Assembly (NCBI RefSeq): GCF_006345805.1
Contig: NC_043003.1
Span: 45,942,001 to 46,006,000 of the forward strand
DNA: 64,000 nucleotides
Source of the DNA: Octopus sinensis
Taxonomy: Eukaryota
Direction of reading: 5' to 3'
Part shown: one piece after another, positions 12,634-25,786 of the stretch
How the letters are laid out: each line of letters begins with the position of its first letter
Position numbering within the stretch: position 1 is the first letter of the stretch
Position numbers and translations under genes: made by a program
The notes under the pieces: model-generated
Database searches by the model: none
The model's input: the letters and a program-made list of their open reading frames with translations, nothing else
Told to the model about the DNA's origin: nothing

Positions 12634-12774
12634 TGTTCTAGTTTATATAACTCTTAGGAAAGGAAGAAATTTGTGCGTGTTTGTGTGATTGTGAAACTGG
12701 ATGTGTGCACCTGTTTGACAGCTTGTGTGTGTACATGCAGGTTGTAATTGCGAGGATATAACTGTTAAAAAGAT

Positions 12775-12839
<65 letters not shown>

Positions 12840-14651
12840 TGAATATGTGTCTGAGTCTGTAACGTCAGTGTGTGTGAGCGTGTGTGTGTGTGTGTGTGTG
12901 TGTATTTGTCTGAGTCTGTGCGTGAATGTATGTAAGCGCGTGTGTGTGTGTGAGATAGTATGTGCGTGAGTCTGTTCGTGAATGTGTGTGCGTGCGCACG
13001 TCCTTGCGCGCATGCGTGCGTCAATGTGCCTGAGCGAGAAAAGAGAAAAAGACATTGTGTGTGTGTGTGAAAGCCATATTCTTTCTGTGCATGCGTGTAG
13101 GTTTTGACTAGAGAGAGAGAGAGAGAGACAGACAGAGAGACAGAGAGAAGTGTGTCTATCAGTGTGTGAATGTGCATATGTGTTCGTGTATGTGCGTGAG
13201 CGCACGCATGTGTGTTAGTGTGTGTATGCGTGCGAGCACTTGTGTGTGCGTATGTTCGCCTGTGTTATTTGATAATTCAGCTTAGAAAACCCACGACGGC
13301 CATTCTGAAGTCATTGCGAATTAAGGAATATTTAACACGTAATATTGACCTTAAACTACCCCGACCAATTTCCTGACAACTACCTACGGGCATCAGAAAA
13401 TCAATCTTCATTTCATTACGTTAAATTTCACTAATTTGAACTTTAATTAAATCCTAACTTTGCACTTCCTCTCATTAAGCCGTTTCTTGTTTTATTTTCT
13501 TTGCTGTTGTTAAAGGGTGATTTTCTCATCGTTTGTCACGGTCGTTCTTATTACTGTTTTTGTTGTGATGACTGTTGCTGCTGCTGGTGATGATGATGAT
13601 GATGGTGGTGGTGATGGTTTTGGTGATGTTTAAACAGATTTTGTTGCTCAAATGGAGAGAAAATATCCTTAATTATAATGAAACCGATCCCTGTTAACAA
13701 CACCACTAATCCATTTTCCCCGCCTACTCCTCCTACAGCTAACACTACCACGACGGTGACGATGTACACGCACACACACACATATACATATACATATATA
13801 CACGTATATATATATATATATACGTATATAAATATGTATATGTGTGTGTGTGTATGCATGCGAACGTGAGATTTCAAAGAGTCAGAGTAAAAGAGAGAGA
13901 GCTTTATTAGCCATTTGTTTGTCGTGTGTATGTTTATCTGTGTTTGCGTGTATGTATGTGTGGGGAAGCGTGTGTGTGTAAAGATGTGTGTGTAGAGTTT
14001 TAATAGTTTGGTTAATGTCGAGCTTTTCTTATTTCCAGCTAAGAACTGGTTAGTATACGAAGCGAATATAACTCGTTTTATGCCAAGAGTATAGAAAAAT
14101 TTAACTGATCTTTTGGTTCAACATGTACGCTTCATTTACGGTTAAAACGTTAGAGTAAGGAAGTGAACTAACACGCCATGGAGCATTGGTTGCAATTCCT
14201 TAGTTAATGGCATAGGAAAAGAAAGGTTGCAAACAAGTCATTGAATTAATAGGTAAATATTCCCTTGTATTTGGTCGACATAATGAATAGATGTTATTGC
14301 TTGCAATTGATTGGTGTTTAGAATAGTGGTTGGTTTTTATATTGTAGAAGTGAAAATGCGATGCTCCAGCATGAGCGCAGTCAAATGACTGAAAAAAGGA
14401 AAAGAATAAAAGAATACGATATAATAGAAGAGAGACGGTTCTATTTTTCATTCGTCCCTGTCGTTAGATTGTTGTCGTGCCGGGCCATCGCCATGAAAGG
14501 TTTAGTTGAACAAATTGACATTAGCACATAGTTTTTAAATCTGATATTTAGTCTATCGGCTGCTTATGTCGAACTGCTAATGTTACAGGGAGGTAAAACG
14601 GTTGTCAAGCAGGTATGTCGGTGTGTGGGACAGAGAAAGGCATGCACTCGT

Positions 14652-14715
<64 letters not shown>

Positions 14716-14717
<2 letters not shown>

Positions 14718-15041
14718 ACTTATAATAACTTAGAATAACTTAGAAAGGTTTTGGCCAGTATTGGCCCAGGCCATGTCTAACTTAATAGCACCACCTGATG
14801 AAGTCTTTCAGTTCAGGATTTGGGCACCAAGGCCCATTCGAGCAGAGAGTTATTGTTTGCGGAGACATATCCGGGTGTGGGTGGTTTGTCCGGTACTGTT
14901 TGAAGGAATTTGTCCAAAGACTTCTTGAATTTTGTGTGGTCAGTTTCTTTTTTGACGTGCCCTGGTGTAATGTTGAAGAGAGCAGGTCCAATTGAGGTGA
15001 AATAGTTGTGCCGTATTGTCGTTATGTGATGCGATTTAGAT
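14716..15041 (-). mobile_element. CR1-type LINE 3' end, heavily 5'-truncated; same subfamily as 32633-33685
   Basis: Near-identical to 32635-32960, including the 10-bp tandem tail (aacttagaat)n. Confidence 0.85.
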
Positions 15042-15781
15042 TAAAAGAAAAATTCTAATGCCAGATATGCCGAAAATAGACAAAATTGTCAATAACCATT
15101 ATAATTTATGCGTCTCGAAACAAGCCGATAGAAATTTCTAAAAAATTCCGTTATTACCGTATTGCTCCCAATTTCAGAGTTAATTCATAAGAATTTTCTC
15201 CTCCTCAGCGATAAATATGTAGTACATAAATGAAATACTTACTCATACTCATGGAAAAAGCAAGCAGACCTAAGTACCCCAAATATATCCAAAATAGAAA
15301 ATCTTCAGCACATCTCGAGACACGTGTGATTCGAACTAGAAACTTTCACAGAGTGAGAGAGGCCAGAAATGTGAATTTACATCTAATGTAGGATAAAATT
15401 ATTTTTTGGAAAAAAAATTATCAATGGCCAGCATATTAAAGAATACCTTTTTTTAATATGGTATGAATTAGCGTATAGGAGCATACACACGTAACATAAT
15501 TTTCAGGTAGAATCAACGAACAGAGTATAAGATAAGGCTGGATCATTAATTAACAGGAACAATCCTTCTGATGGACTTCCATACAGTTTCCGCTCATCTA
15601 TTCTCATTGACAAGAGCTGAGTCGACCCATGGCTACAGAAAAATGATACTTTTTCCAAGATGCTGCGCATCTGCGATTTGGGACCGAAACCTCGTGATTG
15701 CAAAGATAGCTTCACAACAGGCCATAATATGTATTATGCTTATATACATATATATATAGATATATATATACATATACATAC

Positions 15782-15822
<41 letters not shown>

Positions 15823-17334
15823 TATGTGTGTATATGAGGGAGAGAGAGAAAGAAAGGGAGGGGGAGAGGGAGAGAAACATATATATATACACACACACAT
15901 TAGGATGTATATGTGACTATATAAATGTGTTTTGTATGTCATGAATAGCAGAGTTTCTTATATATGAGTGTGAGATAATATGTATACAAGTGTATGTATA
16001 TGTATACGCGCACACATATAGTTACACATGTACATCTAAGAGACAGTTTAGAAGTTTAAATGTTTCGATTACTTTAGATCACCGTATTTATCTTGTGAGT
16101 AGATTCTATTATTTCGTTGTTTTAAGTGTTCATTTTCCTTATTTGAATATGTCGCATTATTTCTTCCACTGTTGCCTTACGTTTGCTTCCAAAGATTGAT
16201 CGCTCTCTTTTAGTTCTGAACATACATTTCAGGCATTAAAATGTTTGTCTCTTATCATACATACATACATACATGCATACATACATGCTTGCATACATAG
16301 AATGAATGCTATTTGTCATGTGGTCATTTAGAGAATCAGAGATATTTGACTGTTTGCGCCTACTTCGCATCGAATCAATCCACATTTCAGCATCTGCATA
16401 ATGTAATTAATGCTATTCTATTCGCCCTATACTATGGAGGCCAGCCTTTAGAATGATTGCTTCAACATCAAACTAGTCAACAAACCTTCGCACTCCTGAA
16501 ATTAAACAAACAGATATCCGTTGAGATGTTTAAGGAAATTACTTTGACATAAATAAGTAGGTAAGACAATATAATCCAAAGAATCATTTCTTTATGAGAG
16601 TTCTTCTTCAATCGTTTTGAATAAGGAAGCTACGTCATCTTCTCTATATAATGAAAAATACAAAAGCCTTAGTGATTTAAAAATTATACTATGGAACTAC
16701 ACAACCTTTCATTGTTTCCTTTTGTTTCGGTTGTGGTTTAATCCGTTGCCTAGTTCAGCACTTTCATTCTGCCCTTGATGTAAGTATTCGGGGCCCCTTG
16801 ATGTAAGTATTCGAGCCAGGTTTGTGGCTCGTTAATACTTTTCTCTATCCCTTTCACCGTTTCTATGGGCCATCGGAGCTGCTATTTGTTTCGAATAACC
16901 GAGCGTGTGTATATATTCATACTTAAATACAAACATACATGTGTGTGTGTATGTGTGTGTTTGTGTTTTTGTGTGTGCATGCGTGTGTGTGTGCGCGCGC
17001 GCGTGTGTGTTTTCTACGATTATTTCTTAAGTGGTGCCAAATTTTACAATTTGTAAATAATAATACAAATAATAACTTTATTTTTATAAGCTTAAAGCTT
17101 ATAAGCGATCACCATGCATTGACTAAGTTAAATAGACTAATATTGAGGCATATAAGCCCTCGACGGAAAAAAAGTAGGGTTTGCCGTACGCATGGGAACC
17201 TACACCTCTTTTTTATTCGCAATAAGTGTGCTACCATTTACACTAAGTTCCTACTGCCAGATTTAAAAACTATTATTTCATAGTGTTGTTTTTGTAACCA
17301 AACGTTCCATGTGCGTTTTTACGAATTTCAAGTT

Positions 17335-19005
17335 GTACGTGGGACTTTTACTCAGGCGAAGGTTGTATAGCAAACTCAGTAATCTCAGTTCTGCATGGAT
17401 TGATTGCAAAAAGCATTCGAAGCATACCGCATTCATGAATCTTGAAATCACTGGATATCTTTAAAATTTCTCCTGTGGTTTCAAACTTCTTGTAGCACAT
17501 GTCAATTTGGAATAAGAACCTCCAATTTATACCACTATAAAAAAGTACTAACTACAAAAACTATTAACATCAACTACGGCATTTTCCAAGGTGACTCATT
17601 TCCACCTTTAATTTTCTGTATGGCCCTAATATTCCTTACAAGAGAACTTAACAGAACCGGGTATGGATATAAAACTGGCGACAAGAAAATAAGTCATCTG
17701 TTTTATATGGATGACTTAAAACTCTATGGCAAAGACGATAAGCTTGAAGGACTACTATTTACTGTAAAAGCCTTCAGGGATGACATTGGGATGGAATCTG
17801 GTCTTGATAAATGTGCCAAAGCCACTTTCCAGAAAGAGAAATTGAAGACCGCACATTCAGTAGTGTTGGATGTTGCCACAGTTATAAAAGAACTCGAGCA
17901 GAGACAGACTTAGAAATAACTTGGAATAAATGAGGGCTCTGGTATTCAACATACAAGTTTGAAAGAGATGATCAGGAAGGAGTGTTACAGGAGTGTTCGA
18001 TCAGTCGTCAAATCCGAGTTAAATGCACTTAACAAGGTGTCAGCTATAAATTCCTCAGCAGTTCCGGTTGTTATTTACAGTTTCAATGTGTTGAACTGGA
18101 ACATGAGCGAAGTAAAGACGATTGACAGGAAAATCCGGAAGCTGCTGACTTGCAATAAGATGCAACACTCAAACGCAGATTGTCTTTACCTACACAGATC
18201 TCAAGGAGGTCGAGGCTTGATCCAATTTGAAATGTCCTACAAAACCCAACCACCACAATTGGACTGGCAAAATATCTTGAAACATCTAGCGACTTCATGC
18301 TAAAGCTCGTTGAAAACCATGAAAGACGTAACAAGCTTCATTCTGTTATGAAGGAGAGCAAAAAGTTTTCAAGTGAGTTTATACATAATACCTGACAAAT
18401 GATACAAGTACCACCATGAGACTGTAACGTTGTGACATCCCAATATGTACAGACCGGACCATCAAGACAAATAAACCAGATATTGTTGTTAAAGACAAAA
18501 ACAATAAAGTCTGCTTATTGATTGATATGAGCATACCCTGTGACTATAATAGAATTTGATAGGCTCAGAAAATATAAAGATTTGCTAATCGAAATATAAA
18601 AGATGTAGCATCTCAAGACGGTTACAATACCTATCAATGTAGGAGAATTTGGAATGATTAGAAAAGGAACTAAAAATTATTTAAGAATTATTCCTGGCTT
18701 ACCATTCATGCAGGAAGTTTAAAGATTGTCTTAACTGGTACGACACACGTATTGAGAGGAGCATTGTCGCTTTGAATTTTCTTTCCTTTCCCCCTTTTTA
18801 TTTTATTTGTTTACTTTTCAATTTTTTCCTTTTTCTCACTGTCTTCCCTTTTTTTCTCTGTCACATGACTCTGCAAATGAACAATCTGATGTGTTTGTTT
18901 TAATGGCCTACCAATATATACAGTATGTTTCTCTGCCCTAAGTGTCAGGAAGGCATACGGCAAGAAACAGAAACAGAATTGACAGAAGATGCTAACGAAA
19001 ATAAT

Positions 19006-19070
<65 letters not shown>
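17335..19070 (+). pseudogene. R4/Dong-clade non-LTR retrotransposon, decayed and internally deleted, with (TAA)n tail
   Basis: GIFQGDS; ISHLFYMDDLKLYGK; GLDKCAK; LYLHRSQGGRGL; restriction-like endonuclease NKPDIVVKDK…CLLIDMSIP…KYKDL; ends in (TAA)n. Confidence 0.85.
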
Positions 19071-19071
<1 letters not shown>

Positions 19072-19508
19072 CTTTTACTTGCTTCAGTCATTTGAATGCC
19101 GCCATGCTGGAAAACCACCTTTGGTCGAGCAAATCGACACCATGACGTATTCTTTGTAAGCCTAGTACTTATTCTATCGGTCACTTTTGCCTAAACGCTA
19201 GGTTACGAGGTCGTAAACACACCGGCATCGGTTGTCAAGCGTTGTTGGATGAGACAAGCACAGACGCAGAAACAAACACACACATACACACACATATACA
19301 CACTCACAAACACACACACACAAACACACACACACACTTATATATATATATATGTACGTTGGGCATCTTTCAGTTTCCGTCTACCAAATCCACTTACAAA
19401 GCTTTCGTCGGCACCGGGCTATAGTAGAAGACACTTGTCCAAGGTGGCACGCAATGGGGTTGAACCCGGAACAATGTGATTGGTAAGCAAGCTGCTTACC
19501 ACACAGCA
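19071..19508 (-). mobile_element. SINE family B, near full length
   Basis: Reverse complement of the copy at 43033-43452. Confidence 0.85.
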
Positions 19509-19514
19509 CACAAT

Positions 19515-20160
19515 CACTCTTATATAGGAGTTATGTCATCATGAAAATTTTCAGCCATCCATTCCTGTGTTACCAGAGCCATTTGTGATAGTGCAGAGAC
19601 TTGCTGAAACACATATGGCCTTCCTTTGCATACATTCTCTATCCAGGGCTTAACAATTATTTCCAGGAACTCAATGAAGGCGGCAGAGTTAGTTCGAAGT
19701 TCTTGTGGAAATAAGTAAGGAGGCATTACATGTTCTTCATTGGTGACAACTCCTAACACCATGATAGTTGCAGGACATGTTGTATGCATAACACTTGGAA
19801 CTTCAGAAGGGTCTGTACATAACCATCTGTCATTTCTTCTGTTAACTTATTGATATTGATCGAAGTTTTCTCGTTTGAGAAAAAACAAATCAAACCCTTT
19901 TCTAGATTTTTCAGTTTGTTTAAGAGCCTTTTAGATCTGATGTAGTGATTTTGTTTTGCTTTGTATGACAAACTGAACATTCCTCATCGTATAAGACTCA
20001 TATCTGATGCCTTAGCGGACAACATTTCTGGCTGTTCATTCTAACACTTGGAGATCTTTTGCAATTGACCTCATGGACATTCTGGGATTGTAATCAATGG
20101 TATGTTGAACTTGTTGGATAAATTCAGGTCTTCTGATGATTTCAGAGCGTTTACCTTACG
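19515..20160 (-). pseudogene. Tc1/mariner-superfamily transposase fragment (DD37D/maT-like)
   Basis: FFSNEK (= FSDEK), PATIMVLGVVTNEEHVMPPYLFP, KPWIENVCKGRPYVFQQVSA…TQEWMAENF. Confidence 0.8.
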
Positions 20161-20323
20161 TACCCTGTATGTATATAGTTCGTATTTATTATTACCGGCA
20201 TAATGCCCTTTCCCAACTTTAAAAAGTGTATGTCTTTAAATCCTTAAAAATGTTTTAGCCCGAAGGCCGCGGCCATGCTGGGGCAGACAGCTAGACAGAT
20301 AGATAGATAGATAGATAGATAGT

Positions 20324-20402
<79 letters not shown>

Positions 20403-20403
20403 T

Positions 20404-20479
<76 letters not shown>

Positions 20480-21054
20480 CATGCATAGACTTAAAGAGCT
20501 AAGTAGGCCGACTAAACTTTTGATGGTGGTTCCCTACCATGTCCGTAGTTCAATCATGGCAACAAGTATAAGATAAGATATATTTATGAGCATGGAGTCA
20601 GTTCCTTGATTTTTATCTAAGGGAGGAGGACGTGGGAAATGTTATTTAAAATTTCAATGGAAAATAACTTAAGGCAATGCAATTTTTCATATGAAATCAA
20701 TAATAATCTCTCTATCTTCGAGCTGGACGTCTCAACTTCATGTATATTATCACTGCGGCGTGTTTCGGGAATACGTTATAATTTATTTATGCATTTCAGA
20801 GGAGAAGGACGATCAATTTTCAATTAATAAAGTAAAAGCAATAAAGTTTATGAATTCCAGTTATTTAGTTTTCAGAAATATGGAGACAGAAAACTTAACT
20901 TCGTTTTAGTGTAAAATATTAAAATATTAGATAACTCCTGTTTTTTTTGTTTGTTTGTTTTGCCAAAGATACTTTTGCCGTTAATCAGAAACACAATGCA
21001 AAAAATAGTTTTCCTTTGGGCTTCAACCATTTTACTCTTCTCTCTGTCTCTGTC

Positions 21055-21112
<58 letters not shown>

Positions 21113-21185
21113 GACGTTTGTGCCTGTTTGCTTCTACTTGAGTAGAGAACTAGGCATTGCATAGAGTGTTCTGCCTTAAGTAAAT

Positions 21186-21912
21186 ATTCTTTTCTACTCT
21201 AGGCACAAGGCCGAAGTTTTGGGGGGAGGGGGGCCAGTCGATTACAGCGACTCCAATACGGAACTGGTACTTAATTTATCGTCTCTGAAAGGATGACAGG
21301 CAAAGTCGACCTCGGCAGAATTTGAACTTGGAACATAAAGACAGACGAAATACCTATTTCTTTATTGCCCACAAGGGGCTAAACATAGAGGGGAAAAATA
21401 CCTATTTCTTTACTACCCACAAGGAGCTAAACACAGAGAGGACAGACAAGGACAGACAAACGGATTAAGTCGATTATATCGACCCCATTCCGTAACTGGT
21501 ACTTAATTTATCGACCCCAAAAGGATGAAAGGCAAAGTCGACCTCGGCGGAATTTCAACTCAGAACATAAAGACAGACGAAATACCTTTTTCTTTACTAC
21601 CCACAAGGGGCTACACACAGAGAGGACAAACAAGGGCAGACAAACGGATTAAGTCGATTATATCGACCCCAGTGCGTAACTGGTACTTATTTAATCGGCC
21701 CCGAATGGATGAAAGGCATAGTCGACCTCGGCGGAATTTCAACTCAGAACGTAAAGACAGACGAAATACCTTTTTCTTTACTACAAGGGGCTACACCCAG
21801 AGAGGACAAACGGATTAAGTCAATTATATTGACCCCAGTGCGTAACTGGTACTTATTTAATCGGCCCCGAACGGATGAAAGGCAAAGTCGACCTCGACGT
21901 AATTTGAACTCG
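21186..21912 (-). mobile_element. Nested/tandem array of SINE family A units
   Basis: Four body repeats (gtcgacctcggcggaattt) separated by an alternative tail (tttctttactacccacaagggg…). Confidence 0.9.
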
Positions 21913-22169
21913 ATGAGACGGATTGATCTTATAGACTGTGTGTATATTGAATAATTTATTATACATATTTGTAATGGACTATTAAGTCCAATAATTGTCG
22001 GTTTTGATGGGAAAAAAGAACAACGTTTTAGAGAAGCAGAAAAAGGCGGGCGTTTTCTGCCTTCTCTCAACAATATCATCCTTGTTTCATCATTCACCTC
22101 ATCAATGTATATGTCCAGCCCGCAAGCTGCTCTTTGTAATGCCTTTATGGCAAATCTTAATGAAATAAA

Positions 22170-22535
22170 GTAGCTTGCTTACGAACCACATGGTTCCGGG
22201 TTCAGTCCCACTGCGTGGCACCTTGGGCAAGTGTATTCTACTGTAGCCTCGGGCCGACTAAAGCCTTGTGAGTGGATTTGGTAGACAGAAACTGAAAGAA
22301 GCCCGTCGTATATATGTATGTGTGTGTATATGTTTGTGTGTCTGTATTTGTCCCTCCAACATCTCTTGACAACCGATGCTGGTGTGTTTACGTCCCCGTA
22401 ACTTAGCGGTTCGGCAAAAGTGACCGATAGAATAAGTACTAGGCTTAGAAAGAATAATTCCTGGGGTCGATTTGCTCGACTAAAGGCGGTGCTCCACATG
22501 GTAACAGTCACATGACTGAAGCGAGTCAAAGAGTA
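22170..22535 (+). mobile_element. SINE family B
   Basis: ggttccgggttcagtcccactgcgtggcaccttgggcaagtg…gactaaaggcggtgctcca. Confidence 0.9.
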
Positions 22536-23024
22536 CCAAATGTAACGGTATAACAATAAACAATGTAACCATGCTTGGTTATCTTATTATAACCGTTCTC
22601 ACAATAACAATCCAATACTCCATTGCATAATCAATAACGAGACGAACGCTTCCACAGTTCAACCTCAACTGGCTACTGGCTCATCTGTTTATAAGAGACA
22701 TTTAGTCCCCAAACAGTAACGAGCGGGGGTGTCAGGTCACTCTACAACACAGAGGATAAAATATAACTGAACAGTTAAAATGGGTTACCGAGAGAAAATG
22801 AAAGCTTTGTGCTACAGAGGAGATTAAGAAGTGTTGTTTGAATCTCAAGTTATATGTATGAATGCATAGAACACGCCCCAACTCATCAGATACTAGGAGT
22901 AGAATAGATGGGAGTTTCGGGAGAAAACCCAAGATGGTTAACACAAGCATACATATATATATATCGACAGACAGACAGACAGACAGACCGACAGATAGAT
23001 AGACAGACCGACAGACAGACAGAC

Positions 23025-23083
<59 letters not shown>

Positions 23084-23120
23084 AAGACAGACAGGGAGAG
23101 ATAGATATATATATATATAG

Positions 23121-23211
<91 letters not shown>

Positions 23212-23672
23212 CAGGCAGACAGTCAGAGATGTACACACACATATAGAAACAGAAAGGTATGTGTGCTGTGTGTGGGTGAAGGGGTGCATTTGGATGTGTG
23301 AATAAGATATAAAGTAACTAATATATGCATTAGTGCTTATTCATTTATTTTAATTTAAAGCTTCAGTGAATCACAACGCCAAGTTTTCTGTTAATAGCAT
23401 TTTTTTTCTGAATATATACATATACACACGCGGACGCTCTCATATGTATGTGTGTATATTTTATATATCTATACACACACACACACATGCCAATACATTC
23501 ACTTTCATATGTATGCACATGTATATGTATTTACACATACATATATAAACACACAAATATATACACACACACACACACACATACTGTGTGAAGGGACTAA
23601 GAAACAAATAACCTGACAGACATGTGCGCAGAAAGATTCGCAGATGGAAAGGTTGCTATAGAGAGATCTTGA

Positions 23673-23707
<35 letters not shown>

Positions 23708-24483
23708 GAAGGAGTGATGCACAGCCAAACACAAACATTCTCCGAGAAATATCATTGCTTTCAATATAGCAAAGAAAAAAATATTTAGGGCCAGATTTCA
23801 AGAAGAAATATTGTATAAACTCTCTGAGCAAACAATAAAACAGACAACAAAACTAATGAAATATTGAGCTTAGATATTCTCTATAGCCGCCATATTCACT
23901 GAATCTAATATTCATATTCGTTGATATATGTAGTGTTGTAGCATCTCTTTTTGCCTCGGGCTAGCCCTGATAGAGAAGACTTACAATTGAAAGCGTTCCA
24001 TTTGATTACGTCAGCAGCGAGTGATTAGAGATGAATTTAACTGCTACATCTAGCACGTGTTGTAACCACCATCTAGAAATCATTTTGCTAGGTACCTATA
24101 TACTTCTTTTTATCTTTTATCTTTTATTTGTTTCAGTCATTTGACTGCGGCCATGCTGGGGCACCGTCTTGCATGGTTCTTAGTCGAACAAATCAAGCGT
24201 TATTAAACGTTGATATGTTCGCATCTTTTTTCAGGGATGTTATATTTTAACACACATGGATATACGCAGGATTGCACCTAAGGACTTACACTCATGGACC
24301 TAAGCAGGATTCCACCTAAGGACTCATGCTCTGGTTTCTATAATTTTGGAAAGTTGATCTATGAGCTTTTATGCTTCTTTTTCCTTCTTTCCTTCTATCT
24401 CCTTATTCTTTTACTCCCTTCCTCTACATCGTCATGTTATCAATATATGCCATTCTCATTTTCCCTATTCTTCCTCCCTATTT

Positions 24484-24539
24484 GTCTTTGATGACGGAAT
24501 ATCCCAAACTCGGAAATATCCTAGAAACAGCTGTAAGAT
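24484..24539 (+). ncRNA. Type I hammerhead motif (family 4)
   Basis: GUCU-UUGAUGA-[imperfect GGAAUAUCCC/GGAAAUAUCC stem II]-GAAA-CAGCUG-UA|AGAU; palindromic ACAGCUGU stem III. Confidence 0.6.
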
Positions 24540-24628
24540 TTTGAATTTCTTCCTATAATACTGTATACTACATGAGATGTTTACTATCCTGTTTAACAAT
24601 TATATATGCGTATATATATATATGTGTT

Positions 24629-24693
<65 letters not shown>

Positions 24694-24732
24694 ATATATA
24701 TATATGTGGGTGTGTGGGTGTATATATATATA

Positions 24733-24763
<31 letters not shown>

Positions 24764-24784
24764 GTGTGTGTGTGTATATATATA

Positions 24785-24829
<45 letters not shown>

Positions 24830-24889
24830 CACACACACTCGCTCACGCATACATACATACACCTTTGTGCATATATACATATATGCACA

Positions 24890-25037
24890 AAGGGCTTCTT
24901 TCAGTTTCCATCTACTAAATCCACTGACAAGGCTTTGATCGGCACGAGGCAATTTTTGAAGACACGTGCCCAAGGTGACACGCAGTGATACTGAACCCAG
25001 GCTCATGTGGTTGGGAAACAAGCTGCTTACCTGTGCC
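24890..25037 (-). mobile_element. SINE family B 5' half
   Basis: ggcttctttcagtttcc…caaggtgacacgcagtg…catgtggttgg. Confidence 0.75.
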
Positions 25038-25591
25038 TGTCAAGATATTGTTGTTGCTATTGTTTCGCCAGTTGTTGTTCCGGCTGTGCCCATCGCGTTT
25101 TCCTCCCTTTTTGTTATATAATATACTTAGGACCACAATATCCAATGAATTCACTCGTTCAAAGGGAGCATGATCCGAGGGACGCTTGACTGCTACAACC
25201 TATACGCCGAGTGACCACATAGAGTTTCTCCGCGTAGGCTTGTTATATCTGTTTGGATGTTGAAGTATGAGATAAGTGAAAGAGACGGCCTTCATAAATA
25301 AACTTGACTACCATGACAGTTTGGAGTAGGGGGTTATTAGAATTCGCAATAGCTATGAATCTATATTAATGACAACAGCTAAAAGCGAATATGATATCTG
25401 TAGACAAAATTATCAAATGCCAACAAAGCCATTAGTTTTAAGTTGGGATGGGAGAAGCGTTGAGTGGAAAATAAAAAGATAAAAGAGAAACTGTATGCGG
25501 TGGAGGGACAAATAGCGAGGAGGTAATGCGAAGAGAAAGTGAGAGTAATGGTTGGCAAAGAGACGTAGAGAATGTAGGAGTGAGTTACACT

Positions 25592-25643
<52 letters not shown>

Positions 25644-25656
25644 TATATATATATAA

Positions 25657-25702
<46 letters not shown>

Positions 25703-25730
25703 ATATAAATATACACACATATACTTATGT

Positions 25731-25786
<56 letters not shown>

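Noticed and set aside
22860-22925. Minus-strand GAAA…CUGAUGA, possible type II hammerhead
   Set aside because: Stems II and III cannot be formed
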